Under the pieces are notes generated by a model. That model ran no database searches, was not told the DNA's origin, and saw nothing but the letters and a program-made list of their open reading frames with translations. From the NCBI GenBank assembly GCA_951804945.1, contig OX638154.1, forward strand, positions 32,364,001 to 32,428,000: a stretch of 64,000 nt of DNA. Direction: 5' to 3'. Source of the stretch: Podarcis cretensis. Lineage: Eukaryota. This document shows positions 24,401 to 35,170 of the stretch, one piece after another. The translations under genes and the position numbers were made by a program. The first letter of the stretch is position 1. Every line of letters begins with the position of its first letter.

Positions 24401-25785
24401 TGTCTGATCTTTCCCGCTACCTCACACTTCTTTTTCTAACATCAATCTGTTGCTGTACTCTGCCTTATTTTCTGCTTCTGCAGTTGAAATGCCTTACCTT
24501 CTATTAATTATGCAATTACACACCCTTCTCTTGCATAATTAGTCTTCTTGGTTTGTTTCTGTAGTCAGTAAATCTTTAGGGGGCAGTGATAGAGTTATAA
24601 GAAGAGCATATTACTCTAGAGCTGTCTGCTATTTTGATTTCTATACCAGTTCTGTGTAAGGACAAAATGCCAACATATTGTTTTTTCTCATTAGTGCTTG
24701 CACATCTGCGTCTCTGGAACCATCATATGTGTTGCGTGCAATTGGAACTGATGAAGACTTGGCTCACTCATCCATAAGGCAAGGCTTATAGTTCTAAATT
24801 AAGCATAGGCAAACTCGGTCCTCCAGATGTTTTGGGACTACAACTCCCATCATCACTGACCACTGGCCCTGTTAGCTAGGGATGATGGGAGTTGTAGTCT
24901 GAAAACATCTGGAGGGCCAACTTTGCCTATGCTGGTTCTAGACAGTCACATTCAATTATATTACATCCATCAAGAGAAGAATCCCTTTTTATCTTTTTAT
25001 GTGTGCTATGTTGCATCTGATAAGCTCTTTGCTTTAATTTCAGGTTTGGCATTGGCCGTTTCACTACTGAAGAAGAGGTAGATTATACCGTAAAAAAATG
25101 CATACAGCATGTGAAGAGATTAAGGGAGATGAGGTAAAAAAATATAAATCTGAATATTAGACATTAACCATCACAGGATTTCTTTAAAAGTCTGTCTGTG
25201 GTAAGGAAATACTGCCAGAAGTCACGGAATCTCAGTGGTTAGAGCAGATCAAGATAGGGGAAGGAATATACTATTTGTTATCTCTGTAGCTGTGGTCCAG
25301 CCAGATATTTACAGCAAACTGGCACAATCCTTATAAAGCCCAAATATGCATGCAGTCCCATTATTTAAGTCACAGAATCAGGTGGGTCCTAATATATATA
25401 TTTCTCAGGTGTCAAAGGCCAGGGTAAATACGCATTTAGAAGGGTGGAAATTCATATATAAATCTCTTTATTTCCATTGCTAGTGTCTCAATATACTGTA
25501 ATACCCATCGTGGGTTCAGGCATTCAACCTTGGTGAAATTTTGCCATAACAAAACATCTTAATTGCATATTTCGGAAGATAGGAGGCATTCTTAGACATA
25601 ATTACTTTATGTAGTTAGAAAGTGTTCTTTGTGGAACTTCGTTTAAAATAATATTTTGTTCTTATTAATTATTTCCTGAAAGTATTTCTGACTGTCATTG
25701 AATTTTCCTTCTCATTCACAGCCCACTGTGGGAAATGGTACAGGATGGAGTTGATTTGAAGAGCATTAAATGGACACAACATTAA
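11795..25785 (+). CDS. NFS1: Mitochondrial cysteine desulfurase NFS1 (PLP-dependent, Fe-S cluster assembly), 13 exons, 441 aa
   Basis: Exons 11795-11885, 13276-13343, 14200-14316, 16202-16285, 17654-17806, 18239-18332, 18992-19126, 20556-20713, 21714-21819, 22803-22884, 24695-24778, 25044-25133 and 25722-25785 total 1326 nt in frame. Motifs: Arg-rich presequence [57 protein letters not shown] (PLP lysine), RRRPR, SSGSACTS (catalytic Cys), C-terminal SIKWTQH*. Intron 11 is GC-AG. Confidence 0.98.
12635..12720 (+). mobile_element. MIR/Ther1-derived SINE fragment
   Basis: CORE-like CACTGGGTGACCTTGGGCCAGT...AGCCTAGCCTACCT. Confidence 0.6.
13540..13853. mobile_element. Young CpG-rich Tc1/mariner (Tigger-like) MITE
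   Basis: TA|CAGTGGTG...CACCACTG|TA; many internal TCGTCTTGCG and TTAGCG repeats with intact CpGs. Confidence 0.9.
14415..14966 (+). mobile_element. Probable solo LTR (552 bp)
   Basis: Inverted termini TGTAT...ATACA, flanking direct repeat AAAT (14411-14414 and 14967-14970), TATAAAA at 14701-14707, AATAAA at 14870-14875. Confidence 0.65.
15050..15870 (-). mobile_element. Degraded L2-clade LINE reverse transcriptase fragment
   Basis: ORF remnants [17 protein letters not shown] and [11 protein letters not shown]; GVPQ and YADD-like codons on the minus strand. Confidence 0.85.
16568..16674 (-). mobile_element. Penelope-like retroelement terminal fragment (107 bp)
   Basis: CCAGTAGCACCTTAAAGACCAACTAAG...GAGCTTTCGTGTG...CTTCTTCAGATAC, flanked by the exact 13-bp direct repeat TTATTTGGATAAT (16555-16567 and 16675-16687). 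Confidence 0.8.
16626..16669 (-). ncRNA. Minimal type I hammerhead ribozyme motif (Penelope-associated)
   Basis: Minus strand reads UUGGUAU-CUGAAGA-A-GUGUG-CAUA-CACAC-GAAA-GC-UC-AUACCAA: 7-bp helix I, intact core, 5-bp helix II, palindromic AGCU in place of helix III. Confidence 0.72.
16845..17530. repeat. Two tandem pairs (~16845-17020 and ~17380-17530) of an ~85-bp imperfect palindromic interspersed repeat; single copies at ~13405-13493, ~29172-29252 and ~42417-42510
   Basis: Shared pattern AATCCTATGCA..TACTCA.AAGTAA..CC.A.TG..TTCAGTGGG.CTT...GGTAAGT..GCATAGGAT. Confidence 0.7.
19267..19398. mobile_element. Palindromic hAT-type MITE
   Basis: CAGGGCTGGAGAACCTGTGGCC...GGCCACAGGCTCCCTATCCCTG; flanks ccttagta/caatagta match 6/8. 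Confidence 0.8.
19505..19748 (+). mobile_element. tRNA-derived CORE SINE (MIR/Ther1-derived, Squam3-like)
   Basis: A box TGGTGTAGTGG, B-box-like GGGTTCACTTCC, CORE GGGTGACCTTGGGCTAGTCAC, CTC/CTT tail; closely similar to 22958-23247. Confidence 0.85.
20170..20410. mobile_element. Old palindromic non-autonomous element with a central hairpin; related degraded copies at ~2910-3075, ~21300-21510 and ~42860-43095
   Basis: 25-bp arms at 20256-20280 and 20286-20310; shared GATCCAAC and CCCATTGCACAAG-type motifs. Confidence 0.6.
22630..22736 (+). mobile_element. Short SINE remnant with a CR1-type 3' end
   Basis: B-box-like GAGTTCAACCC followed by ATTCCTGCATTGCAGGGGGTTGGACTAGATGACC...ATTCTATGATTCT. 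Confidence 0.7.
22958..23247 (+). mobile_element. tRNA-derived CORE SINE (Squam3-like) with an expanded (CTT)19 tail
   Basis: Same family as 19505-19748; perfect CTT run at 23190-23246. Confidence 0.88.
24800..24935. mobile_element. Palindromic hAT-type MITE
   Basis: AGCATAGGCAAA...TTTGCCTATGCT termini; inner arms ACTACAACTCCCATCATC/GATGATGGGAGTTGTAGT; flanks ttctaaat/ttctagac. Confidence 0.88.
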
Positions 25786-26101
25786 GCAAGGAAATCACTT
25801 GTTATCTTGGACTGCTTGGATATAGATTAAAGTAATATTTTCTCTACATTCCTGAGTAAAACCATGTTGTGCTTGTTTTAAAAATACAAAATCTTTGGAT
25901 AATCAGTTACGCTTTCTAAATCTAGAGCCTGAAAACTAAATCTAAGGCGATGTTTGTTCAGGTAAATAACTGTGCTTACAAATCATCAAATACGAATGGA
26001 CATTAGTTTCCTGGAACCAAAGAAGTTGCAGTACTTTTATTTTGGAGGTGACATTGGTACAGCTTGATATGCCAAATCTTCAACTGTCTTATTGTAAAAA
26101 T

Positions 26102-26843
26102 AATAAAAAAGTAGTTTGTTTCTACCGTAGGTTTTCCCTAGAATAATTTGCATCTGTTTCAGCAACATCTGTCTTATTGCAAAACTTGTGTTCAAACAGA
26201 CAGTATGGTCAGAAGTAATCCTCTTACAGAAGGCAGTCTTCCATCTAAAAAGTCCATGTTTTATATTTGAGCAGTGGCATTTGCTACATAGCAATGAATT
26301 CAACTGTGCCTAAGGTTTACTAGCTCCCAAATGCAGATCACATTCACTTTTTCACAAATTCACCTTTTCCTTACCTTTATCCTTGATTTGTTATCACAAT
26401 TTTTTTCTCCTGCTTTCCAGAATAATTTTTTCTGAGCTATTTATTGATTTATTTTTGAGTGACGATGGAAGATTTCAATGTAATGTTTTTTCCTGTAGAG
26501 CAACATATTTTGGTTTTTGCTGATAAGAAGCTATGGTCTTGAGAATGAGATTGTGTCTGTCTAGAAATATCCCAGTTATAGAAATATCCCATCACTTAAA
26601 AAAATAAAACAATGTCATTGCCTTTCACTTCAGGGTGCCTGACAGTGCTAGATTAAGTTAAACTGGTGAGGCTAGTATTTTTGGTACTCAGAAATGTGTG
26701 CCCTCATTTGTATCGGTTTTTTTTTTTTACTGGTATTACTTTTTCTAGTAGTAGAAAGAAAACATCTATTTAAGGGAAGTTTTTAGTTTTTTTACTGCTT
26801 TCTGAAATAAATGCAGGAAGAAAATTTAACTGTCTATAATAAA
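26102..26843 (+). terminator. NFS1: Cluster of candidate NFS1 polyadenylation signals
   Basis: AATAAA at 26102-26107, 26603-26608, 26806-26811 and 26838-26843; the one used cannot be read from sequence alone. Confidence 0.5.
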
Positions 26844-27923
26844 TGAACGCTTGTCTTATGCAGCTTTGTGTGCACACCATTTTGAAGGAAATGGCTGCTG
26901 ACCCTAGGCAATGGACTGTTAGCACTCAATCAATGAAGTATCACTTGCCTTAACTACGAGTCCTATACACACAACGCATATACTCCCATTGAAACTGTAT
27001 CAGCTTCCTTGAGATAATGTTTATTGCAAACCTGTTCTGGCAAAACTGCTTCATGTAGGAGAGTTCTTAATTTGCAAAATCGTTACAGAAGTTTTCAAAA
27101 GCATGGTTTAAAAAGGAAGAAGCATTGATACTGCAATGATGACAGTTTTATTACCATATCACAAAATTAAATTAAATTTTGTGGGCAAGCCATTAATTCC
27201 CCCCCCCCAGGTAATTTAAAAAAAAAACCAGCGTTGGAACACTTCTTACACTGTACAGTTTCTTACACTGTACACATAGACTTTTTCAGACATTTATTTT
27301 TGTTGTTTTAGAGGAATTCTGTGCAATATAAGTACAGTGAAAGAGAAAGGACATATTACAGGCAGACAGAGAAAAGATAATGTGTTAAAAACAAAATACT
27401 GAGTTAAAAGTGTCACAAAAATGCTTTTCTATGTTTAACTTAGTAATGTGGCACTCATCTATTAATAAAGAGATAAAAGCAGCTTTTACTTGTTTGAGTT
27501 GTGAATTCTTGTTCATTGGGATGGAAAATATATACACTGATTTACTGAGCAAGTAGTTCTCATAAGCATATATGAGATGGTAGGAATTTTTCTCTGAATG
27601 TACATCACTTTGCACTTGCGTATGTTGCAATATATTTGCTATTGTGCAGAGTTTGGAGAGATCCTTTTTGAAGATCCTCTCAATTTGTTCTTGCCACTTT
27701 GAATAATGTGGTAATGTATTATCAGCAAACATGGCCTCCTCACTGCTCACCCCTAATTCCAGGACATTCATGAACAGGCATCTATCTAGTTCCATGATTT
27801 CAGAAATTAACCATCAATAAATAAAAATACTCCACCGGGAGCCAGTGCAGCTTGAAAAGCACTGGGTGAATATGCTCCCATGGTCTAGCAGATCTGCATT
27901 TTTTTAAAAAGTTGTGTAGTCCT

Positions 27924-28729
27924 ATTAAGATTGCTGGAAGAAATATTGACAACCTCAGATATGCAGATGACACAACTTTGATGGCAGAAAGTGAGGAATT
28001 AAAGAACCTTGTAATGAGGGTGAAAGAGGAGAGGGAAAAATATGGTCTGAAGCTCAACATCAAAAAAACTAAAATCATAGCCATTGGTCCCATCACCTCC
28101 TGGCAAACAGAAGGGGAAGAAATGGAAGCAGTGACAGATTTTACCTTCTTGGGCTCCATGATCAATGCAGATGGTGACAGCAGCCACGAAATTAAAAGAC
28201 GCCTGCTTCTTGGGAGAAAAGCAATGAGAAACCTAGACAGCATCTTAAAAAGCAGAGGCATTACCTTGCCAACAAAGATCTATATAGTGAAAGCTATGGT
28301 TTTCCCAGTAGTGATGTATGGAAGTGAGAGCTGGACCACAAAGGCTGATCGCCGGAGAATTGATGCTTTTGAATTGTGCTGGAGGAGACTCTTGAGAGTC
28401 CCATGGACTGCAAAAAGATCAAACCTATCCATTCTGAAGCAAATCAGCCCTGAGTGCTCACTGGAAGGACAGATTGTGAAGCTGAGGCTCAAATACTTTG
28501 GCCACCTCATGAGAAGAGAAGACTCTCTGGAAAAAACTCTGATGTTGGGTAAGATGGAGGGCACAAGGAGAAGGGAACGACAGAGGACAAGATGATTGGA
28601 CAGTGTTATAGAAGCTACAAACATGAATTTGACGAAACTCCGGGAGGCAGTGGAAGACAGGAGTGCCTGGCGTGCTCTGGTCCAGGGGGTCATGAAGAGT
28701 TGGACACGACTAATCAACTAAACAACAAC
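27924..28729 (+). mobile_element. RTE-clade BovB LINE, 5'-truncated 3' fragment (RT C-terminus)
   Basis: ORF IKIAGRNIDNLRYADDTTLMAESE...YFGHLMRREDSLEKTLMLGKMEG; (CAA)n tail; direct repeat AGTCCTAT(T/C)AAGA at 27918-27930 and 28730-28742. Confidence 0.95.
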
Positions 28730-29339
28730 AGTCCTATCAAGAGGTACCTAGTGGAAAACACTGCTGCCCATTGCTACTACTAATATGAACTTTGAACAAA
28801 GGTACATTGAAAAACAGCAAGCGACCCACCCAGGCAACCTGGAAATGTTGCACTCATCAGTTAAATATAGTTTATAACTATATTTTAGTTAAACATGCAT
28901 AGAAAAGACTTGTTCCATAATCCACCACCGTTCTTCTTAGGAAAAGAAAAAGCAACTCAACTCTCCCCTTATGGCAACACAGATATAGTGATTTACAGGC
29001 GATAACAAGGGGGAAAGGACTATCTTGGTAAACAGAAATGTCGGGTTAGCAGAAACGTATGACCCAGCTGCTCTTGCGAGGCTAACTTCTACCATGAGCA
29101 GAAGAAGATAAACAGAAGCAGGAAGAGAAATGACTGACATTAGCACCCTCCTTGCAGCTATAAGTGAATGGGGCTGCGATTCTGAACACCATTGTGAGTA
29201 ACCCCTTTGCAGCTCAGTGGAACTTACTGCCGGGTAAGCATGCACGGGACTGCTTTTTCTCTGTTTTTATGTTGTATATATTTGGGTTTGATCACATGGA
29301 AATGTGACAGAAGTATTGGCACCTATTGTATTTCATGGC

Positions 29340-30660
29340 AGGTCGGTCCTAATGTTTACAAAACTTTCCCCACCCCACCCCCTTTCGGCTACTGCTGATT
29401 ACGTTTCTGTTGTCTTCGGCGGAGTGGCTTTGACCACCTGAAAGCTTTCGCCGCACCAAACGTGCGAAGCCTGCGAAGGTACCACGGGAGGCCACCTCGA
29501 AGATGCGCCCGCGCTTTTCCCTCACCAGGGAAGATCCCCCTCGCTCGCTCCGCTTGCCTTCGCCACACAAGCTCTCGCGGCGCCGCCTACCGCAGGCCAC
29601 ACCCTCCTCTCCTCGCCGCAGACGGCCCGGAGGCGGTGCAGGCGGGCGGCCATTTTGTGGCGCTGCTCGGTCGCTGGCGCTGGGGCTCAGCGCGGGGAGC
29701 GGGGCCTGAGTGGCGAGTTAGTTTCCTTTCTAACCCACTTTTTTCCCGTACAGGCCCCTCGGTAAGAACTTAGCACTTCCCTGGCGGCGCCTCCGGCTCG
29801 CCGGGGAATAATAGTAGGTGGGGAAAGCCGGGCTTGTCCGGCTCGGCTGCGAGGGGGAGCGTGTTCCCCTCCCACCTCAGCTTGCACAAAGGGTGGGAGG
29901 GCGGGAACGAGGCCTGAAGGGAGCGGGGGGTGAGGGCCGCGCTCCGGAGCCTCGTTGGCTCCTCAAGGCCTTGGCCTGTAACTCTCGCGTGGGGTCTGTA
30001 GGTTGGACAGGCATTTAGCCTCGCGAAGGCATTTTGGGCCTGGTGCGCAGGGTTGCTTGGCTGCGCCTGAGCGACGGTGCTGGTTCGGGGTAGTGGAAGA
30101 GCCGCCTATGCGCCCCGTGGGTTTGTGACCCCCGTTTCTTTTGGGGGTAGGTGAGTATCGGCGGCTCCCTTCATAAGTGGCCTGACTAAGCCGAGCTTCC
30201 CTGGGAGCATCCCCGGGGCCGGGTCTTAGGGCGGTGCAGGCGCTCCCATTGTAGGGGATGACGGGGGCGAATGGAAGCGAACTCGGTAGTGTAAAACAAA
30301 ATGGCCTGAGCTGCGGGGATTTTTTTTCCCCTTGTTTTTTTTTGCATCGACCAAAAGCTGTCGCAGTACGCCCGATTCTCTGGCGTCCAAGTCAAATAAA
30401 GACTCGTCCTTGTGCAGATTCGAAGTGGTACTGGACTCAGTGTGAACAACGCCGTGATGAATTTTCGAAAGCTTTCGATTGAGATCTAGCGTCCTGTTTT
30501 CACGGTTTTGTTTTGGTGGGGTGGTCTCCAGGTACACACACCACTGGTTGTTATTTTGGTTAACTGCGCTCTGTGAAATTTCTGGGCCCTTCGTGGTTAA
30601 CAAAAATTTAAATTCGCGGCATGAAATGATACCTTACATGTGAAACCCGGTGTCGCTGTT
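29340..30660 (+). promoter_or_regulatory. RBM12: CpG island promoter and first-exon region of RBM12 (shared with CPNE1 in mammals)
   Basis: High GC and CpG content; YY1-type GCGGCCATTTT at 29646-29656; donors TCG|gtaaga (intron from 29762) and TAG|gtgagt (intron from 30151). Confidence 0.85.
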
Positions 30661-32877
30661 TTAAGTTGGCTAAAAAGATTTTAAGAAACATTTGGTTCTG
30701 GAGGATGACTTCAGAGTTTATGGTTGTTCTTTAGGACTCCTGGGGTGGATCTGTTTCATATCTTCACTGACATGGGCGTGCTCATCAGGTTATATAACAA
30801 ATTCATTTGTTATAGAGCGATAAGGACATAATTTGTATACAAAATTAATTTATCGTTCCGAAATTTGACTTCATGAAAGAGAGCTTCATTGTTTGCTGTA
30901 TTTTCCTAGTTTCTTTATTTCCTCTGAGGGACATAAATGGAAGGATATTTGCTTTTTAAACAATAGGGCTGCTGTAAGTAGGTAAAGTAATTGATGATTA
31001 TTAGCCAAAGATAAAGGAAGGTGATAGGAATTAAATTTGCCAATTGACAATAGAACAGCTAAACTTACATATAGGTACAAACTGTTAAGATGCTATAAAA
31101 AGGCTTTTCATTTTTTAAAAAAGTATTTTTCTTATGTATTTTGATTATTAGGAAATACTGGCTTTAGTTTTGTGTTGACTTTGAGTCTTCAATTGTGAAT
31201 CCCTTTATTCCAGCACACTTTCCCTTCCCCTTCCCCAGCTACTGATAAGCATAGTAATCATACATTTTTAATACTGTTTGTTTGAAACAAAGCTCCAAGA
31301 AAATGCTTGGTGTTGGAAAGTTACTTTGTACTTAGGAATGTTCTGCTTACCTCATGAGTAAAAAAGAAGCTTATCATAGGTTCTATAGGATTTTGGTGTA
31401 TATTTCGGAACTCAAGGGCAACATACAAAGAGTATTCATTGGGCACGAAGGAGTCATTAAGACCAGGGATAAATTAATATGACAGAATATTTCAGCATAT
31501 CTGGTAGTATGCTTTTTTTGAAAAGGTTTTTGATTTCTGAACATTCTTGCTTGGAATTATGCATGCGGCATAAACCACAGAAAATAGTTATTGGAAAAAC
31601 TGAGCATGACGGCAGACCCTTTTGTTGAATAGAAATGTGCACTGGGAACTGGTTGGAGAAAAATATCTGTTAGCATTTATATTTTGCAGTGAAATGACCA
31701 TGTGGAACATTATTAAGCTATTTAGAAATGAAAAAAGGCGATCTCTCGAATTGTACAAAAAATTGTCACCAGGATAATTGAAAGATTTCAGATGCTGAAG
31801 TTTGGCTTGTGCTGAATAATTCTCACATGAATTAACATATGTCCTAATCTTGAATTGTAAATAGTTTATAAGGTCAGGTAGTGAATGAGTTCTTGGGTTT
31901 TGCTGTTCAGACAGGTGTTTTACTTCAGATTTTATGTGGGAATTCACACTGTTTAAGTTTTGTGGTGCTGATGTTGATTTGTTCCTTGAAAGTCTTTGTT
32001 TTGATTAATTGTTATTTCCTGTGGTCAGCAAATATATGGTTTTCTTTAAATAAGGCATAATTACAGATATCACCTGTTCATAGAACTGCCTGTCAAGCCA
32101 TTCATGAGATGTGTGGAATTCAGTATTCATTTTTGTTTCTTTTCTTTCAATGGAAAATATTTTCAGGCTCTGCAGATCAGGATTTCCAGATTACATTAGG
32201 GTTGTGTGTGTTTAAGTACTAGTGTATATAAACTTGCTGAACGTTGGACACAATGATTGTTTGAAATACTGTTTGGTCCTGTGCTTTGAGAAGAAGATTG
32301 TCCTGTTTGCAATTTATGTTGGATTGTATTTTGATTCTGCAGCTCTAAAATAAGCAAAGTTAAAGAAATAGGAGGAAGTGTATTGTGAGGTATTTGCAGT
32401 CTGATTTGGCTTCAGCAAATGTGAAATGACTTTGAAAGGATGTTGTGTTTTGGTTTATTTAAAGTACTTCTTAATTGGGTGAGAAGTTGTAGCATTAGAA
32501 AACTATTCTAGTTTTCTTGATCAGGAAAAATAAACTAGCCCTCTTTATGAAATGACACAAATCAGCTATCTGAAGAGAGAATGCAAAGTTAATTTCTGTA
32601 ATGAATGTGTTCTGGCTTTTTGTTTGTGTTCGTTCTCATGTTGAATATTTTTTGTTTTAAAATAAAAGTAATTGTTGCTATCAAAATGTGTGAAGCTGTG
32701 GAAAAGACCAAGGAATGTATATTTCATGCACTCTCAAACTTGTGGTTCCCATGTATTGGAGTGCCTTATGATGGACATTGTCCCAGACTGTCATAATACA
32801 CAGCACATTGTGGACTGCTAACTTTTAGTTATGTGTTGCTTGCATTGATTTTTGCCTCCATTTATTCTTTATTTCAG

Positions 32878-32964
32878 TCTAAAAGTTGGTTTTAATTGGT
32901 TGCCCACAGGATTGCCTTGGCTTCTACTACTTGTTAAGGAAAAAAAACACAACTCTCTTGGCAG
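32878..32964 (+). other. RBM12: Non-coding 5' UTR exon (87 nt) of RBM12/CPNE1
   Basis: Long pyrimidine tract plus tttcag acceptor, CAG|gtaaga donor and no ATG. GTTGGTTTTAATTGGTTGCCCACAGGATTG resembles the mammalian RBM12 UTR exon as I recall it. Confidence 0.8.
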
Positions 32965-34541
32965 GTAAGATACTGAAGATGTATTTATGCTTACTGAACA
33001 CGCTTGGATAATTCAAAGTACTCAGGAAGATAGAGCCAGTACATGAGTTACTTTAAAAAATTTAAATCACCTAAAATATATGGAGGTCCCCCCCCTTTGT
33101 TGGCCTCAAGTTGTGATTTTTTTGGTAAAACTTTCTGTGGGTAGAATTCTTTAAGATTGAGGTCTTTTTAGGGTTATGTGGTTTTTAAAACACCATTAAC
33201 TCTTCTGTATAGCAAGTTTTGTGTAGTTACCCAAATTGTCTAGTCATGTAGGTTTAAAAACAAACAAAACCCAGGTGAGTTCTACTCTCCTAGCTAAAGC
33301 TTGGCAGCTAAGTCTTTAATTTGCATTTGGTGTTTGAATACATTTTTAATATAATTGTAGCTCTTTGGTGTTTAGTCTGAAATAATTAATACATTTTGTG
33401 ATGCATATCAGTGTTAGCTATATATTTGCAAAGTCAGATTTTTATATATCCGTGCCCCCCAAAATACATCCTTTACATATACCATGATGGTTATATCTAC
33501 AGCCTGTTGTTTTCTGGAGAACTGTACTATTTTGCTGCTCAGTCTTCTATGTAACATTTATGAACTGATGTTAAATGGCTGTGCAAACATTTGTGTCTTG
33601 TATTTTTAATAAGTATCTCCAGATGAATGAATTATTTAAAATGGAAGGCCATGTTAGGCAGCTTTATGACATTATGGAAGAAATGCATTCTTTGAGATAA
33701 TGGCCCAAAGATTAATAATTTAGTTTCAAATATTTTTATCCTTCTCTCTATCTAAAATATAATCAAAGCAGCTATTAAATCTAAAACATCATGTAACTAC
33801 AGTTTGGTATAAAATAAACAGCACAGCGTAGCTTTTTGGTAAGTATAAAAGACAAAAGCTTTGTGAACTACCCACATGAAAACAAATAAAGATGGAGCCA
33901 AGTAGACATCTCTCAAAATGACGTTCCAAAATATTTGCACATTGTCAGAAAAGGCCCTGTTCTATGGTCTACCAGTGACATTTCTGGTGATGAAGAATGG
34001 AACAAGACTTTGGTGTCTCAATATTTCAGCAGGTTCCTAAGACAGACTTAATAGTTTTGATTAATAGAATGTATATATCTGGACTGATTTATCTCAAAAC
34101 TCCTTATGGTTGCAGAGAAAGATTTGGCTGTAAACAATACTATTGCTTACTTGTGATGATTGAAAGCATGTCCCTGTTTTGTGTAAGATCAGAATTTTGG
34201 TGCACATAGTGCAAGTGAAATACTTATGTAGGTCATATTAGGAGGCTTCTACTTTTTCCAGACCAAGGACCAGTCTAAAGTGCAGACATGTGTTTGGGCA
34301 TTTATACTTAATTTTCATCATACAGGCTTTGTCCTGTTTGTGCAGGGTTGGATTCCTGGTGCCTGCACACATCGGAGCATACATAAGCATACTCTTTTAC
34401 GCCCCCAACTTGTGTTCAGACCATTTCCACAGACCACATTTGTTTGGCAGTAGTTCTGCTGTTGCAGTCTGCTTTAGATCGTGGAGCACCAGTTGAATAA
34501 CTGTGGTAATAAGGTATGCAACAAGGTATCTTCAGACAATA

Positions 34542-34783
34542 CACCTTGATTTATGGACTTAATCCGGAAGTCCGTTCTTAAACCAAAGCGTTCTTAAACC
34601 AAGGCGTGCTTTCCCATATCAGCGGGGGCCTCAATTTACAAATGCAACACTCTCAACAGGAAGCAGAACATGTTCTGCTTCCAAGGCAAAGTTCACAAAA
34701 CCAAAACACCTACTTCTGGGTATGCAGCTTTCTTAATCCAAGTTGTTCATAAACTAAGCTGTTCTTAAACCAAGGTACCACTG
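34542..34783. mobile_element. Tc1/mariner (Tigger-like) MITE with a damaged left TIR
   Basis: Right end AGGTACCACTG|TA; internal repeats GTTCTTAAACCAA; left end TACACCTTG lacks the GTGGTA expected from the right end. Confidence 0.75.
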
Positions 34784-35062
34784 TATATTTGTGGTGGGTC
34801 TTGAACATGCAAAATTGAATGTTCTTCAAAAACCAGTTGAAGATAATAGAACTTGAGCCTCTGTGCAAAGGTTCCAGTCATAGACACCCTCAATAACATG
34901 GTTTACAGTTTATTCAATCTTTTAACAAAAATGTTTTAGCCTTTTTATGATGTGCTGAGGTCTGTATCTACTGAATAGGCCTATTCACTCTTTTGATTTT
35001 GCTGCTTAGGTTATGATTATAACACTTCTGCAGAATAAATGTTTTGTAGATGTTGCTGTCTA

Positions 35063-35093
<31 letters not shown>

Positions 35094-35170
35094 GTTTATA
35101 CCCCGCCCATCTGGCTGGGTTTCCCCAGCCATTCTGGGTGGCTTCCAACTGAATATTAAAAACAATACAG
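35063..35170 (-). repeat. (TAA)n microsatellite plus 3' tail of a LINE (L2-type)
   Basis: About 10 TAA units followed by ATACCCCGCCCATCTGGCTGGGTTTCCCCAGCCATTCTGGGTGGCT, a stem-loop tail in reverse orientation. Confidence 0.7.

Noticed and set aside
27912-28595. 227-aa reverse transcriptase ORF as a host gene or retron-like system
   Set aside because: 5'-truncated BovB LINE with tail and TSD; no real start codon and most of the RT domain is missing
29349-30603. ORFs across the second CpG island
   Set aside because: GC-rich promoter sequence with no recognisable protein
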